Below, piece by piece: positions 38,275-48,817 of a stretch of 64,000 bases of DNA; positions within the stretch are counted from its first letter, which is position 1; the number at the start of each line of letters is the position of its first letter. Made by a program: the position numbers and the translations under genes. Source of the DNA: Azolla caroliniana. Its lineage: Eukaryota; Plantae; Polypodiophyta. Below the pieces are notes generated by a model. It had not been told where the DNA came from and made no database searches. It was given only the letters and a program-made list of their open reading frames with translations. The DNA is taken from positions 6,944,001 through 7,008,000 of the forward strand of contig JBHGNT010000006.1 in the NCBI GenBank assembly GCA_043228905.1. The letters run 5' to 3'.

Positions 38275-40978
38275 ATGGAACCACAAACGCTGTCGGAAGC
38301 GGCCAGGAAATGGTTCAGGCAACACGGACTGGAGGGGTTCTTGGCCATCATGGAGGCACCGCCGCACAGAGAAGCCGACCGGGTCATCAAGGAGCTCGCC
38401 ACAGAGGTCATCACCGAGGAAGCGATCCGCGCGCTAACAGGCCTTCCGGAGGGAGGAATCTTTCAGATCGATAACCCAACCTCGGAGCAACTCATCCGAT
38501 ATTTCGGTGAGTACTCTGTTGCCGGCAAAGGCTATCGGACGCAGGGCGGCGAAGATCCGCTATTCAGGGAGATAGCTCGAGTGCTCCATGAGTACGGTCA
38601 CGTGTACCCCCGACCCCTTGTCATGCCAAAAAATCGGGCAGGGATGATCATAGCCACCTATGAAGGGATCAAGGTGGACTGGCCGGTGTTGATTGCAGAC
38701 GGTTTGTGCACGGCAATCGACATGGTACGAGGAAAGGACGGCAAGGAGGGCCGGAAGCTGTGGCACGCCGTAGCTCAGTGGATAACATTGCTCGTGCCGC
38801 CGGTCGAGACCGTCCAGCCAAAGAAGCGGCCAAGAGTATCGGAAGGAAGTACCTCGAAGCCGGCGTCCAAACGACAGCAGCTGCTGGCGTCGAAGGCGAC
38901 GAAAGGGAAGAAACGGGTCCCAGAACCGGAGGAGGTGTCACCGGTCCCACCCGTCAAGATAACCATACGGAGACCGGGACAGAAGGAACCGGAACCCTTG
39001 ACGGCACAGAAACATGCCGTGACACAGGAAGAGGAAACGGAGGAGCCAGAAGAGCACCTCCAACGACGGTCAAGAAGTAGGACTGCCGAGACAGGAGGGG
39101 AGCGGTCGTACCCGCGAGAGGCAGAAACACCCCCAACTCAACCTGAGCAAACCACAAGGGAGGAACCGGAACCGGTGCGTAGGGAACCGGTCTTGTCGAC
39201 TTCTATAGAAGAAGTCATTCCAACGGCTCCGGAAACGGCGAGAACCGGAACTGAACAGCCGGCGAGCCCAGCCAGAACACACGGCGGCCAAGGAGTAGAA
39301 CCAGAACGGCATATGCAGGCACTCAGGCCAGACAATTCCACAGTGAATGAGCCGACCCGACCAGTACAGCAACAAGGCACCAGTAGCATGTGGCTACGGT
39401 GGGTAGGCGAGCAAATCGCCGGAGTGGTCGAGTATATAGAGGCGGAAGAGAGAGCGCACCAGGAACGGTTGCTCGTCACAACCGTAGATCTAGAGACGGC
39501 CCGGTCCAGAATCCGGAGCCTTGAACAAGACTTGGACAGGGTCACAAGGGAAATGGCTCAAGTGGCTTTGACAACACAAGTCCAAGCACCGGTGACTCCG
39601 GGCAATGTACAGAATAAAGCGGCAGATCAACCTGTACATAGCAATCAGACCCTGGCAACGGAAACCGTTCCGGAGGGAAATGCGGCACAAGCCCAAGAGC
39701 TTGCGGATTTAAAGGATGAGCTAGCTGCCCAAGAAGCGCTGAGGAGCCGCGAAAGAGAATTGAAGACGGCAGCGGAGGCAGAACTCAAAAAGACTGCTGA
39801 GAATCTACGCCGGGCCGAGGAGAGCTTACGGAAAGGCCACCAAGCGTACGACCGGCTCAAGGAGGAGAAGGAGAAAATGCTGCAAGAGAAGGAGAGGCTC
39901 CGGAGGAACGCCGAAACAGAAGTAGAGCGCCTGAAAGAGGAACTCCGGCAGGTAAAGGACCGGGAGGACCGGAACCATCGCCAGATCAACGGCAAGCTCA
40001 ATTTAACAAAAAACGGAGGAATTTGAGCAATTGCACCGGGAGTATAAACGGTTGCAAACGGAGCACAAGGAACGGACGGATGAGCTCCGGCAAGCAGTTG
40101 ATCGGACCGCAACCGCATTCGCCAAGGAACAAGCGGAAAACAGAAGACGGTTGGAAGAGGCGGAGAAGGTTCGGACAGAGCTCCTCAGGCAACAGCAGGC
40201 GGAAAAAGAAAGAGCGGCGGAGGTACTGCAGAGGCTGCAAACGACATATCAAGGGCAGCTGACGCGCTACAGAGAGCAGGCGGAGGATACGGCAAATCTC
40301 ATCAAGCAATTGAAGGAGGAGCGACAAGTGGTGGAAAGCAGAGCACAAATGGGAGCAAGTCGCATCCAGGATATCATGCGGGCCTGGTTGAACCAGACCA
40401 AGAGCTTGATTGACAACGGTTCCGTCAAATGGTGGACCAAGTGGGCCACGAACGCGGCGGAACTCCAATTGCTCCGGGCTGACGTAGAGAACCGGCGGAA
40501 GGAGGGAGATGATTGCTATATGCTGAATTCTGAAGATTTCACCGGCATAAGAGATAAGCTGGCCGAAGACTTTCAAGCCTTGGCAAAGGACCAACTAGAG
40601 CAAGTCCGGCAACTTGTAGCTCAGCTGGACGACGACAGGCTGGAGGCGCAGATCCAGTTTGAAAGTTACGAGAGGTCCCGGATCCGGGGAGAGAAAGAAC
40701 GAGAACCGGTTACGGTCAACCTCAGTGATGAGGAACCGCTACTGGAAGGAGACCGGACCGGAAGCAGTCAAACGGAGATGCCGGAGTCAGAGAGACAAAC
40801 GGAGCAGCCGGAGTCAGCGAAACAAACGGAGCAGCAGCAGCAAGCAGAACAGCCGGAGCAGCCTCAGTCCCAACCGCAACCACAGCAGCAGCAGCAAGCA
40901 TAGCCGCAACAACCACAACAAGAAGAACAAGTGGAAATTCTTGAACAAAGTATTTTGGACAATTTGGGTGAACAATGA
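38275..40978 (+). pseudogene. Extra 3' ORF (~900 aa if repaired): globular N-terminus, P/E-rich linker, long coiled coil, Q-rich tail
   Basis: ORFs 37987-40026 and 40031-40903 join if one A is removed from the A6 run at 40008-40013. The TAG at 40901-40903 sits in a CAG-rich run and the frame continues to TGA at 40976-40978. ATG 38275 is the likely start. Confidence 0.7.
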
Positions 40979-41030
40979 AGGGGCCGAGAAGGGTTCGACG
41001 TACAAGGTACTGTCCCACGGGCGTGCCATG

Positions 41031-41449
41031 TGTTACCGGTCGGCAAGGAGTCCAAAATACGGAGTGAAGGAATTAATTATATATGGTTGTAAATGAGGAT
41101 AGTGTGGACGGACGGACTGGAAACGGTATGCCGTTCCAGATCCGGACGGATCCCGAATAGGTGCGAGGGGCACCGTTTTGTACTACGGGCCGGAAACCTA
41201 TTTAAAGGCCCGGACCCCATTGTAATGACAGCGGATAATTAATAGAGCTTATGATGTTTATACTTCTGTCTTGATTCCGTTCTGTATTTACTGTTCTATC
41301 TTACGCGTGTAATTAACCAAAGCAATCTAATCGTGTAACCTACGTAAGTCGGTGTAATTGTTGAATCTTAATCCTATGCCGTAATCACCCTTTGGTGAAG
41401 TGTCTCCGTGACACCTTGTGTTAGGCCTTGTCCGGCCCAGCGAATAACA
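41031..41449 (+). repeat. 3' LTR
   Basis: Matches 31615-32033. Confidence 0.95.
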
Positions 41450-44400
41450 CATGGCCCCTTTCCACTTTACCATTTCCCTGTGGATTATATGCAGTAGTCA
41501 AAGTCAATCGGATCCCGAATCTTTGGAAGAACATTCGAGCCTCATCTGAATCAAGCTCCCCTCGATCTGTTACAATCTACCCAACATTACCATATCTACA
41601 AATTACATCCTCTAATAAAAGCTTTAGACCGGCTGATGCAGACTTGTTTCGGAGAGGTCTTCCTTGCACTTGGTTGGACAAATCCTCTCGAGGAAGAACC
41701 AAGTATTTCATTTGATTTTGACAGAGGGCATATGAACTAGATATCCACCATCCACTTATAATGCAACACAGGTGAGTACGTCAGATGTAGCTCATCTCTC
41801 ACCCTATAATCAGAATACATTTGACATTCAATGCATGATTCCACATACCTTTGGATATCCGCATACATTTCCTTCCACCAATACCGATCCTTAATCTTCG
41901 AAAATGGGTTGACCAGTCCTTTATGTCCAGCCCAATGACTATCATGAAAATCGGAAATAATCTTATCTTTCTAAACCCGTAAACCAATAGCTCGAGTTGG
42001 AGGATCCTTAACTTTCTTTGCAAGTCTCCAAAGATATCCATCCTTCAAGAGAAACCTATAAGCCTTCTTCCTGAATAGCCGAAAATCCTTTTGTGTCCAA
42101 TCCTCTAGAGAAGATGGCTCTAGAATAGTCCGTGCTCGGGACAACATATCAGCCATAACATTGGTTTTTCCTGTAATGTGTCGGATCTCTGGGTTAAATG
42201 TTTTAATATAGGCAATCCATCTTAGCATGGATATATCTGTAGAAGAGCATCCTAAAATCATTCCAAGGATCGGCAGACAATCCGTCTCTATAACCACTTC
42301 CGATCCAATCAAATAATCCTTGTCTGCTTTAATCGCAGAAACTATGCCCCACAACTCTCTCTTTATTTGAGCATACCTTCTTTGTTGATCATGTAAAATC
42401 TTTGCTCCAAACCAAATGGCATATCAATCTCCAGTTTCATCCTCTTGATTAATAACCCATCCAATTCCAGTCGGACTTGCATCTATAGTCACAAAGATAG
42501 GTTGAGCTTGCTCATATATAGGTCGTCGCAAGGCTGGTGCAGATGACAAAAGTATCTTAATCTTCTTCATGGACAATGTATGCTCCTCCTCCCATATAAA
42601 CCTTTGTCCTTTCTGTAATAACTTATATAAGGGATCAGCAATATGTGCAAATTGTGGAATCCAAATATGATAAAAAACACATGCACCTAAAAACCGTCTT
42701 ACTTCTGATGTTGACTTGCAGATATCCTCCATTGCATTGATGTCGTCCACCTTGGCTAGATCAGGTTTCCGACCATAGGGGCCACACAAATGTCCCACAA
42801 TCCGTACTTCAAATCTACCAAAACTTGATTTTTCTCCAGAAATTGTCAAATGTGTCTCCTCTAAATTCTTCAATATGTCTTCACAGTCTGCTATATGATC
42901 TTAGACGAATTTCCGACATCCATCTGACCCAACTTCTTCATCCTTCTCCTCTTCTAGACATCCTTTAATCGGAATGTCATCCAAGAAAGGCATTGTTCGA
43001 TGTGGAATGTGATCCCTAAGCACCTTATTCATTGTGTTCATCATATGAGCGACAGAATTAGTTGCACCTTGTGGTAAAGTACACATTCGAACCAGCCCAA
43101 TAGGTGTACGCATTGTAGTAATATCCCTACTATCCAAAGCAAGCTGAAATTGATCATATCCGGAATACAAATCAGCCATGGAGTAGATAGCTCTACCTGC
43201 AAAAGATTCTGCGAAGGAATCCACGAAGGGACCAACTCATAAATTCTGAATCATTACTTTGTTAATTGGTTGGAGATCTTCAATGAACCTGAGAGATACA
43301 TTCTTTTCTGGCACTGTAAACCACTGGTTAGAATACAGAGCATTCGAAGACTCCAATGGTACCCATTTGCACCTTCTCTTTTAGCAACTCAATGAGTTTT
43401 GGAATATGAGCTCTTGGAACATGAATTGGTTTCAAGTTCCAAGGCATATGAGGGACAATAAAGATAATCATTGGCTCCACTAGTTGTGGGTCCACAGAAC
43501 CTATCTCTGAAGGTGAAAAAGCAAAATCCTTACCATGTTGAGATAACATCTTTCGAAATTGGCTTTCTTCAACTTGATTAAGGAAATCACCCCCTCATAT
43601 ATTAAGCTTCCCTTGCGAAGACTCCGTAAACACATGACCAATCATCTTCGGATCCCGTAACATTGGTTCTTCCTTCACCCTTTTTAGCCGATCTATGTTA
43701 TCAGCCGGCAATGGTTCCGCTACAGGTCGAACTTTCCGATCCAATGTCTTATATTTAGTATGGACGCGAGCAACCATATCCATGAGATTTTGAAATGTTG
43801 CAATTTCAGCATACATATCCACTTAATTGGCCAGAATAAAAAATGATTGATCTTCATTTGAATACAAAGATTTTCCAACTCTCCAATGGTATCCACAAAG
43901 GAAAGTTCCTCCATGATTCCTGACACCTGATCATCTAGTTCCAGAATCCAATGTTTAAGAAGCATCAGCCGAATGTCTTCCACATTTACCTAGCTTTTAC
44001 GATTTAAATTATCAATAGAAGAAAATGAGATTGCTCTGGTATAAGAAACATAAGCTTTATTATTTTCGGAACAATTATTCTCATACAGGGACTTTTGTTG
44101 TCCCGGACTATTATAGCCCTATTTTACAATAGTCCTATCTAAAAATCCCGATCAGAGGATACATGTAAACCATCCTTATTTCTTTCATGATTAGGTTGAA
44201 CTGTCTGAAATTGTATTGTCCTTCCACCATCCATATCTTTGATCCGAGCATAGGCCGATCCATCATCCAATACCTTGGTCTCCATGTGGACAACAACCAT
44301 AAAGGGTTGCCCCAATATAACTAGATATGTGGCTAAATCCTGAATAAAGAAATGTTGAAGCACAGTAACACCACTGATTGACACCTCCACATTTGGGCAA

Positions 44401-45304
44401 GCTCTAGATAACTCCTCTGATGATTGTGTTGTTGCTCGAATCCTCCAATGGTGATCAGAAGTCATCGGCCATCCTCCTTGCTTGTAAACCTCCAAGGACA
44501 TGAGGTTTATCTCTGAGCCACTATCAATTAGAGCCATGACTACCTCCGATAAACCACCAAGTCGTACTTTCCTTTCTATAGTTGCCCGAGCCCAGTGATT
44601 CCGAGCAAAGTGGCTCCTCGGAATATTATCTTCATGCTTCAACACTTGTGTAATCCCTCTTTCCATCCAGCCTCCTTTGCAGTCATTGTTGTATCAACCG
44701 GAATTCTCTTTCTTCGCATCTTCTCTAGTAAATCATCCTGGACTTCCTTTTTGGAGACTGCTAACAAGTCTCCTAATGGAACTGAGACAGGTTTATTTAG
44801 AACATGATTTTCAATGAAAGAGAAAGCATCTACCTCTTGTTCCAATTCAGTCCGCATCCAGAATGTTGGAGATGACTTCTTGGATACTTGTATAGGGTTT
44901 GGTTCAGCCTTTTGCATGTCCAAATTTTGCTTTTCGGATGGAGAACGAAAATCAGCCCTCTTAGAACTCGTTCACAATCCAACTCTTCCTCTCTTCTCCT
45001 CTTCTCCTCTACCATCACATCATAATTTGTGGGAAAAGTTGGATCACTCCAACTAGTCCTTTGACAACCATCTTCAATAAGCACAGTTTGAATAGTTAGA
45101 TCTTGCTTGGGCAATTCAATTAGTCGAATAGCAGCCGAAGTACAATGGAAAATAGCTTGTGCATGTCGAAGCTCTTCTTCCTTCAAGAGCTTTTGCATTC
45201 CTCCTCACCCAAAATTTGTCTTTAGTGGTTGACGAGTCACGGTGTCGTGAAGAATGTGCTTCACAATATAAAAATGAGCTTAAATGTTGTATTTAATAAT
45301 ATTT

Positions 45305-45497
45305 GAGAGACCTGAACCCACATCCTTATATACGATGTACAATGTACATACCACTAGGCTAGGCTATTTATTTGTAAAAGTGTGTAATAAATGTGCTTCA
45401 TGATATAAGAATGAAGCTATATATTGTATTAAGTAAAATTGAGGGACTTGAACCCTCAACCTTGTATACCAAGCACCAAGCATACACCACTAAGCTA
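45305..45497 (-). promoter_or_regulatory. Two tRNA-like units (45305-45361 and 45439-45497)
   Basis: On minus: TAGCTTAGTGG...GAGGG-TTCAAGT-CCCTC (perfect T arm) and TAGCCTAGTGG...GGGTTCAGGTC. Confidence 0.55.
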
Positions 45498-45747
45498 GGT
45501 TAGTTATTTTAAAATGTATTTTCATCATTATACTTATCCCATATCTATTTTCATACATAGCCATCATTCATCACATGCAATGCATGTGCGCCAAATGGCG
45601 ATCATGCATTACATGTAACTCATGCATTGCATGCATGCCATGCTCCCATACATTACCATCTGCATGGCAACACTTATATAAAGAGGGGCAAGGAAAACAA
45701 GGAATCAATCAAGAGAGAGTGAGAAAATAATATAATCAAGTAAAGAA

Positions 45748-45813
45748 GACTAGCTCATTGGGTAGAGAACCTCTCGTTTCGAAGTTGAGGTCGTGGGTTC
45801 AAATCAAGGGTCG
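45748..45813 (+). promoter_or_regulatory. tRNA-like unit
   Basis: TAGCTCATTGGGTAGAG ... GAGGTCGTGGGTTCAAATC. Confidence 0.5.
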
Positions 45814-47941
45814 GTAGAGAATGGGTTCAGTTTGTGATCAAGGATTGTAAAGTTGGTAAAATATTGTCTTTTTAATATACATCATGTTTATATCAAATAC
45901 TCTTGCTTCTTAAATCATATTTTGTCTCTATCTTGCTTCTTGAATCATATATTGTCTCTATCTTCTATCTATTCTCCTCTCTCTCTCACACAAACATTAT
46001 TCGTAACTCTTCTTCTTGCTATTCTTAACCTTTCTTACATCACCATACAAGCCTTATTAAAATTTAAGTTCCTTCAACTCTCCTTAACCTTCGTCCCTGC
46101 GACTTCGCCACACGAACCACAACTACCCCGACAACGGATGAGTGGATCAACCGATCCTTGTAGAATATGAGGTTCTTCTACATCGCCTCCTAATGCTCCG
46201 CACACTCCAATCTTCGATGCTCCAAATTGTCACACCATAAGCATCGAAAATCCCTAGTCAGAAGAGTTCGTTGCACTTGTGGCTGATGTTGCACCTTCGA
46301 CATGGAAAAAATCTTCCACTCCATGATTTGCTTTACTAGGTCATCTACATCACTTGGTTGTTGTTTCTCCATAGATGCCTCAATCCTTGTCCCTGTCTTC
46401 AAAGAGGAGGTCAGAGTAGCATTTCCAAGTCCCTTCGAGCCCAACCATGTTCTTCTTTTCTCATATCGAAGGCAGATGGACCGAATTCGGCTCCAATCCT
46501 CCTCTAAACCTGTTTTAGTTTCACCTGATTCCATAAGTTTTCCTAGCTCTACCCTATCCGCATAAGGGAACCGAGCGAAGGAAGAGAACCACCTTCTCTG
46601 GTTCAAGCAAAGTTTTCTCCCGAACTAAGAGTTGTCGGAACTTTGCTTCAAAATCAGTAAGGGTCTCTAGAACTGACCCATGCTTCTTGTCCAACTCCAC
46701 CCAAGCTTCAAATGCCCGCCGAGTCATCTTGGTGGAATCAGCATAATTAAAAACACCGAGCAAATCACGAAGGAATGCCTCCCATTCAACATCTTGCATT
46801 TCAAACTCTTCTATGATAGGAAGAACATCGGCAGCTACCACACAATGGAAGTTGGATTTCTTCAAATCAGTGGGAATATTGCGATGTAACATCTCCGAAT
46901 CGAACACCTGCAAAAATCAGGTCACATCCTTTCCAGTGAATGGACCTAACTTCTCTAATACCCTATCCACAACTCGATCTAGGTTCGGACTCCTCTCCCT
47001 CCCTGTGAGAACATCTTCTAGAATTGATTGAAGTTGTGCTGCATCCATGTTCAAAGAGGTAAAATCCTAAAGAATTCACTCTCCTTGCCGCTTGTTTTCA
47101 CGTCGGGTTCACCACATGTCGTGTCGAAACACGTCACGTATAAGAGCTTGGCGTGTCCAGGAGGAACCGCTAGAGTTCTGAACTAGGAGAGTGGAAATAA
47201 GAAGATGAAAGAGAAGAGTGGGAAGTTGAGCCGAAAGTATCTCAATAGTCACGAGTGGTTTGTAGCCCTACCCGTGAAGACAAAAAACCTTATATCGTTC
47301 CACTTGCGTAACCAAATTAAGTGTGCAATCACAGATTGGAAAGCCCTCTGGAAGAGCTTTCCAACGTCGAAAACAGACGTCAGAATTGAGAGTTATGAAT
47401 AAAATACCGTACAACTCTACTCCTCAAACGCAGACAAAGAAGAAATGCCAAAATAAGAAATTCACTATTTCTTCGAGATAAAAACCCTTTACAAAATAGG
47501 ACTCTTTGATTGTGCCCCCCCTCCCCTCCATGACAATAATCCTCCCCTCTTATACTAAATCAATGTAATTACATGTAGGCCACGTGGCACACACCTAGAG
47601 AGGCTTATGCATGTGGGTCATGTGGCACACATGTAGAGAAACTTTGCATGTGCGTTATATGGTGTACATGAAATACATTACATGGTTTTGACTACACAAC
47701 ATTTGTTCCAAAATAATGCAAATAAATCCCTAAGAACAATAATACTAAAGAACTTTGAGTCTAGAATGTAAATCAACTCCAATGAGTTGAATCAGGTGGA
47801 TCTCCAAGGGGTGATGGGTCACCGAACCAAGTCGAGATGCGTGGTTGTAGTTGAGGCAAGTGTGGAATCGTGGTGGCACCAATCGGTCGTCTCCCTTTAT
47901 GACATTGGCTTACTCATGATTGTCGAGTGATGGGTTAAAAC

Positions 47942-48506
47942 TGACAGGAATACATGCTCCCGATGAACAACGCTCGGCCACAACCGAGCCTAGAATCAAA
48001 CACAGAAAACGGGTAACGAATGCACGACACAGTGAAGAGAAGAGTACACAGTATGTTAACGTGGAAAACCCAAACTAGGGAAAAACCACGGTAGCCCACA
48101 GACTGCAAACTATCACTATATCACAATGTACAATGGTAAAGCACTGATGCAATGACCTCAAGCTTGCTATCTTCGCCACAGGCGGTGGCTACAACAGAGG
48201 CAACGACCTCTTCCTCTCTCTCTCTCTCTGTACACAGTTACACGCTCTAATCTTGCACAAACAAGAACGACAACAACTACACACTAAGTTTGCCCTAAGT
48301 CATATGTATACTAATATGACTTTTTGGCTATTTACAAATATAGCCCCGATGGACTCTCAGAAACATATTTACGAATATGTCCCTTCATCCGGTGAGCACT
48401 TCTCACCGGGCTTTCACCATCCGGCTCTTGTCGGGCACTCATCATCCAATTCTCACCAGGTCTTCTGTTGTCGAGTACTCCACATCCGGTTCTCACCGGG
48501 TCTTCC
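47942..48506 (-). repeat. Copia LTR fragment (family of 9430-10135)
   Basis: Reverse complement of ~9590-10135; interrupted by a related Copia element. Confidence 0.82.
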
Positions 48507-48776
48507 TGACGGGAACTCAACGCTCCTTATGCGCAATGCTCGGCCACAACCGAGCTTAGAATCATACACAGAAAACGGGAATGAATGCACGACACAAAGA
48601 AGAGAAGAGTGCACAGGATTTTTACGTGGAAAACCCCAAATTAGGGAAAAAAACCACGGCAGCCCATAGGCTGCAAACTATCACTATGTTAGAATGTACA
48701 ACAGTGAGTTCACGGAGGCAACGACCTCGTGCTCACGATCTTCGCCACAGGCGGCAGTTACAACAGAGGCAACGAC

Positions 48777-48817
<41 letters not shown>

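Larger units (their letters stand above)
31615..41449 (+). mobile_element. Full-length, recent Athila-like (non-chromovirus) Ty3/Gypsy element
   Basis: Two 419-bp LTRs (TGTTA...TAACA) differing at about 4 transitions by eye; TSD CATGG at 31610-31614 and 41450-41454; intact gag-pol. Athila-like assignment rests on RH and IN motifs. Confidence 0.93.
45243..46133 (+). mobile_element. AT-rich solo LTR (891 bp) with group A-type termini
   Basis: TGTCGTGAAG...CCCCGACA and a 4-bp TSD ACGG. Removing it restores Gag RIHSS|VTRQPL. TATATAAAG at 45675. Confidence 0.88.
30437..47904 (-). mobile_element. Old AT-rich group A-related Ty3/Gypsy element (5' LTR 47117-47904, PBS 47097-47114, partial 3' LTR 30437-30722), hosting two insertions
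   Basis: 30437-30722 matches ~47620-47904; Trp PBS on minus; PPT ~30723-30733; gag-PR 47048 down to 44139 (IDSGSE); pol fragments 44150 down to 41455 and 31614 down to ~31030. Confidence 0.88.

Noticed and set aside
40008-40014. A AAA AAC slippery heptamer as a programmed -1 frameshift in the extra ORF
   Set aside because: The coiled-coil continuation (40031) is in the +1 frame; -1 leads only to a short junk ORF. One extra A in a homopolymer explains it.
45305-45813. Functional tRNA genes
   Set aside because: A/B boxes and T arms are present, but acceptor and anticodon stems cannot be closed; reported only as tRNA-like.
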